A DNA stretch of 64,000 nucleotides from Candidatus Poribacteria bacterium. Its GTDB lineage: Bacteria; Poribacteria; WGA-4E; PCPOR2b. Shown here piece after piece: positions 25,542-34,945 of this stretch. The notes below the pieces were generated by a model that was not told where the DNA came from, searched no databases, and worked only from the letters and a program-made list of their open reading frames with translations. The first letter of the stretch is position 1; each line of letters starts with the position of its first letter. The position numbers were made by a program, and so were the translations under genes. The stretch is from contig JAJECO010000095.1 of NCBI GenBank assembly GCA_022822005.1, positions 360-64,359 of the forward strand, in the 5' to 3' direction.

Positions 25542-26402
25542 ATGAAAAAACTCGCTTTAATGATGTTCGCGCTTCTGATTCTTGGCTGCGGCACCGAAAA
25601 ACCCGATGTCAAGGAGCCAGTGGTCGAAGAACTAATGGAAGATGAACCCATCCCCCAACCGGAAATGATTGCAGAGGGCACCGTAAAACACGGAGAGGTT
25701 AATGTTGATCCGAAATCGTTGAATCTCAGTGGATTTCGATTCGTATTTAAGGAACCTGTCTATTGGCATTCGGTTTTTTTCTACGATAAGAAGCGCGGTG
25801 AGCACCTCCGGAGCTGGAACTCTCCCCATGATCGCTGGTGTAAGGAAACAAAAGTCGTGCTTATAGAGCGCATACCTTCCCGCGATCTGTTGGAATACAA
25901 TACCGACTACGAGATTACGATATACACTCGAAATTTCGACTGCGATGTCTCAGAGACAGTGATACAGTTTCGGACAGAGCCGCAGAGGTCCACGGTTGAG
26001 GAACCAGAACCCGTGATGCAGGAACGATCACCCGTTGTGCCATCAGGTGAACACTTTCGGCTTGATAGAAACCCGCCGCAATTAGTATGGGCAGATGTGC
26101 AAGACGGAGACGCTAACATCGACCCCGAACCGTTCAACGCAAACGGAATTCGCTTTGGATTTGATCAAGATATCAGAAAGTATCAGATTGACCTGCGGGA
26201 CCGTGCGGGCGCGTCCCTTGGTTGGTTACCTCGCGGTCTAGTTGAGCATGAGAATATCGGAAACCAGATACAGATAATGCGTGCCGAAGGAGCCCCGTTG
26301 TTGGAATTCGAGACCGTATACGTCATTGATATTTTTGTTCAGGATAGCTGCTGCTGGACTTCAGATTTCCAGATAACTTTTCTGACAAAGCCAAATCCCT
26401 AA
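25542..26402 (+). CDS. Lipoprotein with two repeated Ig-like domains
   Basis: Lipobox LILGC; internal duplication (VDP..LN..GFRF.F...LLEY.T.Y.I.I vs IDP..FN..GIRF.F...LLEF.T.Y.I.I). Confidence 0.75.
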   Translation: MKKLALMMFALLILGCGTEKPDVKEPVVEELMEDEPIPQPEMIAEGTVKHGEVNVDPKSLNLSGFRFVFKEPVYWHSVFFYDKKRGEHLRSWNSPHDRWCKETKVVLIERIPSRDLLEYNTDYEITIYTRNFDCDVSETVIQFRTEPQRSTVEEPEPVMQERSPVVPSGEHFRLDRNPPQLVWADVQDGDANIDPEPFNANGIRFGFDQDIRKYQIDLRDRAGASLGWLPRGLVEHENIGNQIQIMRAEGAPLLEFETVYVIDIFVQDSCCWTSDFQITFLTKPNP

Positions 26403-26544
26403 TATGAAGCGTGCAACCGGATCTGTGGTCACTGGATGTCGGATTTGGCGCGGTTGTCGCTTCTATCAGCGTCTTCCACAATCGGCTGCACTCCGTTCCA
26501 TCTGTTCTAAAGCACCGCGATAATTGTCGGTCTCTTGTGCGTGT

Positions 26545-26705
26545 GTAGGTCGAGATTCATATCTCTACACCTAATAGACTATGCCTGAATCCGTAGGGGT
26601 TGGGTTCCCCAACCCGTTCCGCAAGTTCTGATTCTCGGAATCCTCGCTAAGGGGGGCAAGAATCCTTAATCAAATTGGGATTGGGCGAGGAAACCTCGCC
26701 CCTAC
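26545..26705. repeat. REP cluster
   Basis: gtaggtcgagattcatatctctac (26545-26568); pair gtaggggttgggttccccaaccc (26593-) and gggcgaggaaacctcgcccctac (26683-26705). Confidence 0.7.
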
Positions 26706-26845
26706 GATGGTGTACTCATTGATAAATAACGGATCCGCCTTGCATAACTGTCAGCACGTCCTAGCCAAATCCTGCCGTCAAGTCCTCGTGCTTTCCGTTC
26801 TGCCTCTTCTTGCCACCCTTCCTACCGTCCCGTCTATCAAAAAAC

Positions 26846-26874
26846 TTGTAATTCACACAAAAATATGCTACGAT
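26846..26874 (+). promoter_or_regulatory. Putative sigma70 promoter for the sulfurtransferase gene
   Basis: TTGTAA-17 nt-TACGAT with extended TG. Confidence 0.5.
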
Positions 26875-27058
26875 TGCTAGTACGGAGTGCAGATGCTAGT
26901 TCTGCTTCCCCGAAGCGACGATATTACGGAACTAAGCAGCCATGATTCCGTAAGAACAACGCAACCACAACAGAAAGAATGAGTGGGGCATTATCCGTAT
27001 CTCCCACTCAAACAGAAGAACACATTAATTTTCAAATTATGGTAGGAGGATTGTTATT

Positions 27059-27907
27059 ATGGCAGACTATGCTCACCCGGAAGTGTTAGTAACCACAGAT
27101 TGGGTTGCGCAGCACGGTAGCGACGCGGGCATCCGTTTAGTGGAGGTCGATGTAGATACGGCAGCTTACGATGAGGGACATATCAGTGGGGCTGTCGGGC
27201 TCAACTGGCAAACCCAGTTGTGTGATCAAGTGCGGCGCGATATCTTAACAAAAGAGCAGTTTGAAGAGTTGTGCCAAGATAATGGCATTAGTAATGATAC
27301 TACAGTAATCTTCTACGGCGACAATAACAATTGGTTCGCTACCTATGCCCTGTGGCAATTCCGCTACTATGGGCATGATGAAAGCAAGCTGAAGGTGATG
27401 GACGGTGGACGTCAGAAGTGGATTGATGAGGGCCGCGAGTTAGTTACGGATGCGCCTTCGCCTGCTGCCAGCGATTACAAAGCAAAATTTCCCGATGACA
27501 ATGTTCGAGCGACAAAAGATCACGTTTTACCAACACTGGAGCAGGGAGTCGTCAACCTTGTGGATGTACGCTCGCCGGCAGAGTTCAGCGGTGAGATCAT
27601 CGCGCCCCCGGGTTTGCCCGAAACGGCACAACGGCCAGGACGCATTCCGGGCGCAGCGAATATCCCGTGGGCAACCGCGGTGGCGGACGACGGCACCTTT
27701 AAATCTTACGATGAGTTGAAGGAGATCTACGAAGGTGAGGGTGTGGATCCGGACAAGGAGACAGTCGCTTACTGCCGAATTGGTGAACGTTCTTCACACA
27801 CATGGTTCGCACTCAAGTACCTCTTGGGTTACGAAAAGGTCCGTAACTATGATGGCAGTTGGACAGAGTGGGGTAATCTTGTCGGTGCACCGATTGCAAA
27901 GGGGTAA
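27059..27907 (+). CDS. sseA: Two-domain rhodanese / thiosulfate sulfurtransferase (SseA/CysA type)
   Basis: [28 protein letters not shown], active-site [16 protein letters not shown]. Confidence 0.92.
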   Translation: MADYAHPEVLVTTDWVAQHGSDAGIRLVEVDVDTAAYDEGHISGAVGLNWQTQLCDQVRRDILTKEQFEELCQDNGISNDTTVIFYGDNNNWFATYALWQFRYYGHDESKLKVMDGGRQKWIDEGRELVTDAPSPAASDYKAKFPDDNVRATKDHVLPTLEQGVVNLVDVRSPAEFSGEIIAPPGLPETAQRPGRIPGAANIPWATAVADDGTFKSYDELKEIYEGEGVDPDKETVAYCRIGERSSHTWFALKYLLGYEKVRNYDGSWTEWGNLVGAPIAKG

Positions 27908-27927
27908 TCGACAGTGATACTGAGCCA

Positions 27928-27953
27928 GTAGGGACTCAGATCTGCGTCCCTAC
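27928..27953. repeat. GTAG-type REP
   Basis: gtagggactcagatctgcgtccctac. Confidence 0.75.
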
Positions 27954-27984
27954 TGCTCCAATTCACACAGAGGTAGAAGACTAA

Positions 27985-29046
27985 TTGATTACCAGTGCAG
28001 AGCAGATCACACCGCAATGGCTGACTAACCGTTTTCAACAGAAGGGGCACCTTTCACACCACACGGTAACTGACGTGCAGATTGGAGAGACATTTGAATC
28101 AACCGCTGCCTTTTTCACACGGTTGAAAGCGACCTACTCCACTAAATCGGAGGATAGTCCCCATACCGATCTGGTATTCAAGGATTATCGGCAAGGTTGG
28201 TTTGGAGGTGGTATTGCGGAATCAGTGTTCTTCAACGAAATTGTGGCTCAAACCCCAGATCCACCGGTCTTTCGCTGCTACGACTTTGATTATGACCGTG
28301 ACGCCCGTCAATGCTATCTTATCCTTGAAGATGCCTCAATAACACACGCCGAAACGCCGTCCAAGGCGGAAGGGTTTACCGCTGCTCTCTATAAACAGAT
28401 CATTGATGAATTGTTGAAATTTCATGCTCAATGGTGGGAGCACCCGCGAATTTCACAAGCTGACTTTCTGCGGGGTAAAGGGGGACCGCTCCGAATGGTG
28501 GATGCGGCTACATCTGAGATTACAGCGAGCTACTGTCAACACTGGCGAGAAACGCTGCTTCCTCAATTTGCTGAGAAAGCTCAGGACGAATTCTCGCAAG
28601 AGATGTTTGATTTTGTATTGCACGCTATTAACGGCTGGAAACGATTATACTCCCAACGCATCAAAGATGGCAAGGCGTTAACGCTTCTCCACGGTGACCT
28701 GCATCAATGGAATATCTTTTACCCCAAAAACCGAGCAACAGACCGGCTTTATTTTTTCGACTGGGAGACCTATAAGCGGGGGATTGGACCATATGACCTC
28801 TGTTACTTGATCGGAGGCGGATCTTCACAGCAGCGGCGCGAAATCGAGAAGGATCTGCTTCGTTACTATCACGATGGTCTTGTGAATGGTGGGGTATTAG
28901 GCTACAGTTGGGAAGATTGCGTCTATGACTATCGACTCTCGGTGATTGCCACCCTGTTTCCTCCGATTGGTTGGCAAGACATGTACCGATTCAAACCTCG
29001 GCAAATTCAGTTCGAAGATTGGAATTGTCAAGAATTGCTGGAATAA
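27985..29046 (+). CDS. Aminoglycoside/choline/ecdysteroid kinase-like phosphotransferase
   Basis: LILED, HAQWW, Brenner motif LLHGDLHQWNI, FFDWE, YDLCY. Confidence 0.8.
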   Translation: MITSAEQITPQWLTNRFQQKGHLSHHTVTDVQIGETFESTAAFFTRLKATYSTKSEDSPHTDLVFKDYRQGWFGGGIAESVFFNEIVAQTPDPPVFRCYDFDYDRDARQCYLILEDASITHAETPSKAEGFTAALYKQIIDELLKFHAQWWEHPRISQADFLRGKGGPLRMVDAATSEITASYCQHWRETLLPQFAEKAQDEFSQEMFDFVLHAINGWKRLYSQRIKDGKALTLLHGDLHQWNIFYPKNRATDRLYFFDWETYKRGIGPYDLCYLIGGGSSQQRREIEKDLLRYYHDGLVNGGVLGYSWEDCVYDYRLSVIATLFPPIGWQDMYRFKPRQIQFEDWNCQELLE

Positions 29047-29143
29047 TCGGTTGCCTTGACCGTGCTTTGGAATTGGTGAATCTTTGGTAAACTCCTTTGT
29101 AGTCCTAATCTGTTTTATCCTTTGTTTCATATTGGAGTCAAAT

Positions 29144-29422
29144 ATGCCTAAATTTGTTTCTGCTCATATTATTGCCTGCATGACACGACAGGATGTCGAA
29201 AGACTCGCCAAACGATTTATCGATGATGAAAGCGACGGGGTCAAGAGCTTGAAGGTGCAGTGCGATACAGTCCTCGGTCGAATGGTGTGCGAATGGGAAG
29301 CGCCGGATCGAGATACCCTCGTGGATTGGTTGAAAATGCGGCATGTCCATATTCGCGGAGGCGGTGAGTGGGTGATGCGCGTGCAGCTCGAAACGGTGGA
29401 CAATCAGGTTGCAAGGCTGTAA
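29144..29422 (+). CDS. DUF4242-like small protein
   Basis: GGAG before ATG 29144; MPKFVSAH...GRMVCEWEAPDRDTLVDWL pattern. Confidence 0.55.
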   Translation: MPKFVSAHIIACMTRQDVERLAKRFIDDESDGVKSLKVQCDTVLGRMVCEWEAPDRDTLVDWLKMRHVHIRGGGEWVMRVQLETVDNQVARL

Positions 29423-29499
29423 GAACAGTTAGTTCAGAAGAGCCGGTGTAATGTAAAGAATGGAGAGCGCATCTTGCTTCACGGATAAGGAAGCTCATT

Positions 29500-30339
29500 G
29501 TGCATTACCTTACGCGCCAAATTGCTTTTGAAGCCTCACACTGTTGTCGTATCCCTGAACTCAGTGATGCGGAAAACTACGCCCTGTTTGGGGTAGCTGC
29601 CAACCCCAATAGTCATGGACATAATTATGTATTGGATGCAACGGTCAAGGGCGAGCTTAACCCTGAACACGGGATGGTCATCAATATTGCCGATCTGGAC
29701 CAGGTTCTGAGGGAAGAAGTTGTTGCCTATTACGATCACAAGCATATTAACCTACAACATCCCACCTTTGCGGATAACCGGCACCTTCAACCGACGATCA
29801 AGAATTTAGCAATCCAAATTTGGGATGCGATTGAGCCGCATCTCAAAGGGACAATCTTACACCGGATTCGGCTGCATGAGGATTCAGCCCTATTTGCTGA
29901 TTATTATGGAGAGGGGCAGATGGTCTATCTCACAAAAGTTTATGAATTCAGTGCATCGCATCGATTACACAGTCCAGAACTCAGCGATGTGGAAAACCGC
30001 GAAATCTTCGGAAAGTGTAACAATTTCTACGGTCACGGGCACAACTATGTCCTTGAAGTAATGATAAGAGGTGAGGTGGACCCCAGAACTGGAATGATTG
30101 CCGATTTAGACTATCTTGATGAAACGATTCAGAAACAGGTCCACGGACGATTTGATCACAAGCATCTTAACTTGGATACGCCTGAGTTTGAGAAACTCAA
30201 TCCAACTTCTGAGAATTTTGTGAAAGTGCTTTGGGAGATTATTGAACCGAATCTGAAGCCAATTCAACTACACCGGCTTCGATTGAGAGAAACCCCCAAG
30301 AATCACTTTGATTACTACGGAGACGAAATTCAGTTGTGA
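29500..30339 (+). CDS. Tandem double-domain 6-pyruvoyl-tetrahydropterin synthase (PTPS-II-like)
   Basis: Two T-fold repeats, each with F.ASH and HGHNY; the second has [12 protein letters not shown] (C-X5-HGH). Confidence 0.88.
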   Translation: MHYLTRQIAFEASHCCRIPELSDAENYALFGVAANPNSHGHNYVLDATVKGELNPEHGMVINIADLDQVLREEVVAYYDHKHINLQHPTFADNRHLQPTIKNLAIQIWDAIEPHLKGTILHRIRLHEDSALFADYYGEGQMVYLTKVYEFSASHRLHSPELSDVENREIFGKCNNFYGHGHNYVLEVMIRGEVDPRTGMIADLDYLDETIQKQVHGRFDHKHLNLDTPEFEKLNPTSENFVKVLWEIIEPNLKPIQLHRLRLRETPKNHFDYYGDEIQL

Positions 30340-30929
30340 AAATCTACCACGCAGACTCAATTGACAACGGAACCACCGCCGCAGATCCGAAACTTGAGTA
30401 CATCTATACGCAGATGTTGGAGAATATTGGTGAAGATCCAACAAGGGAAGGTGTCCTAAAAACACCGCAACGTGCAGCGAAAGCCTTTCAGTTTTTGACG
30501 CAGGGATACGACCAGAATGTCGAAGAAATTGTGAACGATGCTATCTTCAACGAAGAGTACGACGAAATGGTGATCGTTAAAGACATTGAGTGTTATAGCC
30601 TTTGCGAACACCATCTTTTACCATTTTTCGGCAAGTGTCACGTTGGGTATATTCCTCGCAAGAAAATCATTGGGCTGAGTAAAATTCCAAGGGTCGTGGA
30701 TATGTTTGCTCGTCGCCTGCAAGTGCAGGAGAGACTGACGAAGCAGATTGCGGAAGCGTTACAGGACGTATTGAATCCCGCTGGGGTTGCTGTCGTCATT
30801 GAAGCACAGCATCTATGTATGATGGTTCGTGGCGTACAGAAGCAGCACTCGCAAACGATGACCAATGTTATGCTCGGCGAGTTTCGAGATAAGATTTCAA
30901 CTCGGACGGAGTTCATGAGATGTATTTAG
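30336..30929 (+). CDS. folE: GTP cyclohydrolase I
   Basis: [51 protein letters not shown]. Confidence 0.97.
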   Translation: MKIYHADSIDNGTTAADPKLEYIYTQMLENIGEDPTREGVLKTPQRAAKAFQFLTQGYDQNVEEIVNDAIFNEEYDEMVIVKDIECYSLCEHHLLPFFGKCHVGYIPRKKIIGLSKIPRVVDMFARRLQVQERLTKQIAEALQDVLNPAGVAVVIEAQHLCMMVRGVQKQHSQTMTNVMLGEFRDKISTRTEFMRCI

Positions 30930-30967
30930 ATGATACCCAGTCGTAACGACACAACACCTTGAAGGGG

Positions 30968-31687
30968 ATGGAGATGCTGAAGGACAAAGTGGGCATTATA
31001 ACAGGAGCATCACGGGGTATTGGTCGCGCAACCGCTGTGGCGTTTGCACACGCCGGTGCGACAGTTGTCCTTGCATCGCGTACGCAGCATGACCTCGAAA
31101 CGGTCGCCGATCTCATACGCGCAGAGGGCGGGGAAGCTCTCGTTGTACCAGCGGATGTGACACAGGCGGAAGCGGTAGAAACCCTGGTCAATCGAACGCT
31201 ACAGGCTTACGGTCAAATCGACATCCTCGTGAACAATGCGGGGACCGGTGTTTTCGAACCCATTGTGGATTCAGATCCTGAAGTGTGGACTCAAGTAGTC
31301 GCCTCCAACCTCCAGAGCACCTACCTCTGCTCGAAATATGTGTTACCTTCTATGCTGGAGCGTCAATCCGGCCAAATCATCAATGTGTTGTCGATCGCTG
31401 CAAAAGTTGCATTCAAAGCCTCAAGCGCGTATTGTGCAGCGAAGGCGGGGGCACTGGCATTTACGAAAGTCCTGGCAGATGAGGTTAGGGATCAAAAAAT
31501 CCGTGTCACAGCGATCTCGCCTGGATCGGTTGACACACCGTTCTGGAACGAGATTGAGGGACACCCTGAGCTGAATTTGATGTTGAAGCCGGAACATGTT
31601 GCGGAAACCATTCTTTTTGCTGCGACGCAGCCGGATGGTATGGTGACCGACGAAATAGTTGTAACGCCACCGCTTGGCATTTTGTGA
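30968..31687 (+). CDS. SDR oxidoreductase, candidate bacterial sepiapterin reductase
   Basis: TGASRGIG, NNAG, YCAAK, PGSVDTPFW; directly follows PTPS-folE. Confidence 0.75.
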   Translation: MEMLKDKVGIITGASRGIGRATAVAFAHAGATVVLASRTQHDLETVADLIRAEGGEALVVPADVTQAEAVETLVNRTLQAYGQIDILVNNAGTGVFEPIVDSDPEVWTQVVASNLQSTYLCSKYVLPSMLERQSGQIINVLSIAAKVAFKASSAYCAAKAGALAFTKVLADEVRDQKIRVTAISPGSVDTPFWNEIEGHPELNLMLKPEHVAETILFAATQPDGMVTDEIVVTPPLGIL

Positions 31688-31731
31688 AAAAGAGATAGGC
31701 GAACCGAACAAACAATAGGAAAATGGGGTTT

Positions 31732-31940
31732 TATGGTGAATTCTACAATTACTTATACACTTTCGACGTGCAACTAACCCCCTAAATCCCCCTTGTCAGG
31801 GGGACTTGATACGTAACCCCCTAAATCCTCCTTCCGCAAGGCGGAATCCCGATAAATCGGGACTTGTCAGGGGGACTTTGGAAACTTCTCGAAGGGCGGA
31901 GCTATTGGTAAATGTCCACTTATTTCTATAATTCACTATA
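31732..31940. mobile_element. MITE copy 3 (209 bp)
   Basis: Same ends as 25278-25447 plus an extra 39-bp internal hairpin unit taaccccctaaatcccccttgtcagggggacttgatacg. Confidence 0.75.
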
Positions 31941-31986
31941 ATTATCTTAGATGTTTTCTTACGATCTATCATGATTGAGGTAAATA

Positions 31987-32634
31987 ATGACTAAATTGGA
32001 ACAGATGCAGCGGGTCGAATCCTGCGGGGTTGTGGCCATCATTCGGGCTAATAGTTCAGCTGAATTAATTGAGGTTGCATCAGCAATTAAAGCGGGTGGT
32101 GTCGATCTGATTGAAGTGACGATGACAACCCCGAATGCTTTGAGCGTTATCAGTGATGTCGCTGCTCGATATGGAGACGAAGTGCTTGTAGGCGTTGGAT
32201 CGGTTCTCGATGCCGAAACCGCCCGGGCAGCAATGCTGGCAGGTGCGGAGTTTGTTGTCAGCCCCGTGACGAAACCTGACGTTATTGAAATCTGTAATCG
32301 ATACAGTAAAATCGTGATGCCGGGCGCATTTACGCCGACGGAGATTTTGGCTGCATGGGAAGCTGGCGCGGATTATGTGAAAGTTTTCCCATCAAGTGGG
32401 GTAGGACCGAGCTATATCAAAGATGTGAAAGCACCGTTGCCGCATATCCCGCTGATACCTACCGGGGGTGTGAGTGTTGATAATGCTGGCGAATTCATCA
32501 AAGCAGGCTCAGCCGCGCTTGGTGTTGGCAGCGCGCTTGTCAACAATCAGGTGATTGCTGATGGACGATTCGATCTCCTGACGGAGAAAGCGAAACTGTT
32601 GGTAGAAGCCGTGGGCGCCGCCAAAGCTGATTGA
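31987..32634 (+). CDS. eda: KDPG/KHG aldolase
   Basis: VVAIIR, IEVTMTTP, GVGSVLD, FVVSP, PGAFTPTEI, VKVFP, PTGGV. Confidence 0.92.
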   Translation: MTKLEQMQRVESCGVVAIIRANSSAELIEVASAIKAGGVDLIEVTMTTPNALSVISDVAARYGDEVLVGVGSVLDAETARAAMLAGAEFVVSPVTKPDVIEICNRYSKIVMPGAFTPTEILAAWEAGADYVKVFPSSGVGPSYIKDVKAPLPHIPLIPTGGVSVDNAGEFIKAGSAALGVGSALVNNQVIADGRFDLLTEKAKLLVEAVGAAKAD

Positions 32635-32670
32635 TGACGTTGCAGGTTTAGATACACACCTATTTGCTCA

Positions 32671-32699
32671 TTGACAGTTTGCTGAGTCTGTGTTAATCT
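32671..32699 (+). promoter_or_regulatory. Putative sigma70 promoter
   Basis: TTGACA-17 nt-TAATCT with extended TG. Confidence 0.5.
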
Positions 32700-32879
32700 T
32701 CAGACCACTAACTTCAACCAGTGATGAATTTCCCAAGTTCACGCATAATCATGGATAGGGTACGGGGTATAGGCTGTTGTGCGGATTGTCCTATCGCAGG
32801 CCCGCCGTGAACAAACTCAACATTATTGATGATTAGGAATTCACCGCATCGGTCGAAACTTAGTTGAAGGACGGTGCAT

Positions 32880-34844
32880 ATGCAGATAAACGGATTGGTC
32901 TTAGGAAAATATCGTATTGAAAAACTGATTAACCACGGTAGTTTTGCCTCCGTTTTTCGCGCGAAAGAGGAGTTCACCAACCGTACCGTTGCGATCAAAG
33001 TGTTGCCCAAGTCAGTCTATCCTACCGGACGTATGCGTTACCTGCTGACCGAGCTGAGTGCTATGGGGCGGAATTGGGGACATCCCAACATCGTTTCCAT
33101 CCATACAGTTGAACCGGGCGATGATGAATACGTTGCCTACATCGTCATGGAGTATGTTGACGGACTCAGTTTGCGACAACTGATAACAGCGCAGCCTCCC
33201 GAAGCGAGTTTAGCGATGAATATTGCCCTTGATATTTGTCAAGGACTTATCGCCGCCCATGAACAGAACATTATCCACAGAGATATTAAGCCGCAGAATA
33301 TTCTGCTGACGTCTGATAAGGTAGCGAAAATTTCTGACTTCGGTGTGGCACGCATCCTTGAAGCAAGCACCGATTATGCGGGAACGATTACGGGAACACG
33401 GAGGTATATGGCGCCGGAACAGTACGGAGGAAATTACGATTACCGAGCAGATCTTTACTCGACGGGCTTAATCCTCTACGAGATGTTCTTGGGGAAATTC
33501 CCGTTTCGAGGTAAAACGCAAGATGAGATTCAGGTCAGAAAACAGAGCGAAGAGGTCAACTTCGACCAGAAGCTGCCCGAAGATATGCGTAAGATCTTAC
33601 AGAAAGCACTGCACCGAGATGTACGGGCGAGATATCAGACCGCATCAGAGTTATATAAGGACTTGGATGGTATCCGTAAACAGTGGTATGCGGACGCCGT
33701 ACGACAAATCATGGCGAACCAATCAAATCCAGCGATACAGGGCGCAATGTTATCTGAACATAGAAAGGTTTTACGCCTTTCGGCTGAGGTAGCAGAGAAA
33801 ATTGAACTGAGTGCATCTGAGGAACACAAAGCAAAAGCAGAAAAACAGAGTCAACTTCAACTTGAAACACAGATCAATCTACACTACGATAAAGCCATCC
33901 AACTGATCGGCGGCACACAATCGCAGCAGGCATTACAAGAAGTGCAACAGGCACACCGCCTTTACTTAAGCAGCGCAAAAGCAGCAAAAAAAGCAGATTG
34001 GATATTTCGGCACTTATCAGATTTGATGACGCCGCCCCAGTCGCCCGCAACAGCGGAAGAGATGATTGGGTTGATAGATCAGTTACCGCCTAGTGAAGCG
34101 TCAGCACTTCGGTCCTGGTTTAACAACCAATACTCTCCAGGTCCCCCCACCAAGACGTCTTCTGCCACGGAGTCAGGAACATTGCCCACGGACAACGGCA
34201 CTGGTTCCGATTTAACGATGCTATCACTCACTCCCCAAGAGACTGCCCCAGAATTTGTGCTGCGAAAACTTCATGAATTGGTCCAGGCACCCCATGAGCG
34301 GATTGCTGCCCAGATACGCCAATTAGCTGAAGAATACGCACAAGCGGGAAAGAGCCGCCGAAGTCGGATAGAGTACAAGAAACTGGGAGATTTTTATCGA
34401 AAATCTGCGGACACGTTCATTGAATCCGAGTATTGGGAATCTGCGGCAGATTGTTGCGCACGCGCCCGGCTCGCCCACGCGGCCGCCCGTCGCTACAGTC
34501 GTGCTCGGCAGTGTGCACAGGAAGCAGGAACATACTATGCTATGCGGGCGGAGTACTTGGAGAGACAACAGAGTTGGCCTGAGGCTGGTAGACTATACGC
34601 GCTTTCAGCGGATAATTACGCTCACGCCAACCTGTGGGAGGAGGCGAATCAAAGCCTCTCACGTACCACAATCTGCTATTTTAATGTCGCAGAGAACGCT
34701 CGTGCTGGAGGCGATCTTGGCTTAGCATACGATTATTGTGATAGAATCTTAAGGATTTCAAAGAGGATCAAGAGAACTAGCAATGCTGAAGCGGGGGCGC
34801 GCAAGTTACTACAGGAGATAGAAAGCCTTTTTGCAGCACAGTAA
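32880..34844 (+). CDS. Hanks-type Ser/Thr protein kinase with a helical-repeat C-terminus
   Basis: VAIK, HPNIV, HRDIKPQN, DFG, GTRRYMAPEQ, DLYSTG; no TM segment; Ala/Tyr-rich TPR/SNAP-like tail. Confidence 0.9.
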   Translation: MQINGLVLGKYRIEKLINHGSFASVFRAKEEFTNRTVAIKVLPKSVYPTGRMRYLLTELSAMGRNWGHPNIVSIHTVEPGDDEYVAYIVMEYVDGLSLRQLITAQPPEASLAMNIALDICQGLIAAHEQNIIHRDIKPQNILLTSDKVAKISDFGVARILEASTDYAGTITGTRRYMAPEQYGGNYDYRADLYSTGLILYEMFLGKFPFRGKTQDEIQVRKQSEEVNFDQKLPEDMRKILQKALHRDVRARYQTASELYKDLDGIRKQWYADAVRQIMANQSNPAIQGAMLSEHRKVLRLSAEVAEKIELSASEEHKAKAEKQSQLQLETQINLHYDKAIQLIGGTQSQQALQEVQQAHRLYLSSAKAAKKADWIFRHLSDLMTPPQSPATAEEMIGLIDQLPPSEASALRSWFNNQYSPGPPTKTSSATESGTLPTDNGTGSDLTMLSLTPQETAPEFVLRKLHELVQAPHERIAAQIRQLAEEYAQAGKSRRSRIEYKKLGDFYRKSADTFIESEYWESAADCCARARLAHAAARRYSRARQCAQEAGTYYAMRAEYLERQQSWPEAGRLYALSADNYAHANLWEEANQSLSRTTICYFNVAENARAGGDLGLAYDYCDRILRISKRIKRTSNAEAGARKLLQEIESLFAAQ

Positions 34845-34945
34845 AGAATGCCTGTACTGAATATTACATCAAATCATGTTTTGGGGCTCTGAGAGATTCC
34901 GTTTCCATCAGCGTGATTTTTAGTGACGAATGGTAAGAGAAAAAA

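Noticed and set aside
29500-30339. QueD / queuosine pathway
   Set aside because: Motif is C-X5-HGH rather than C-X3-HGH; no queC/queE/queF nearby; an SDR follows instead
32700-32879. Riboswitch in the kinase leader
   Set aside because: Long leader, but no recognisable aptamer motif or convincing stems
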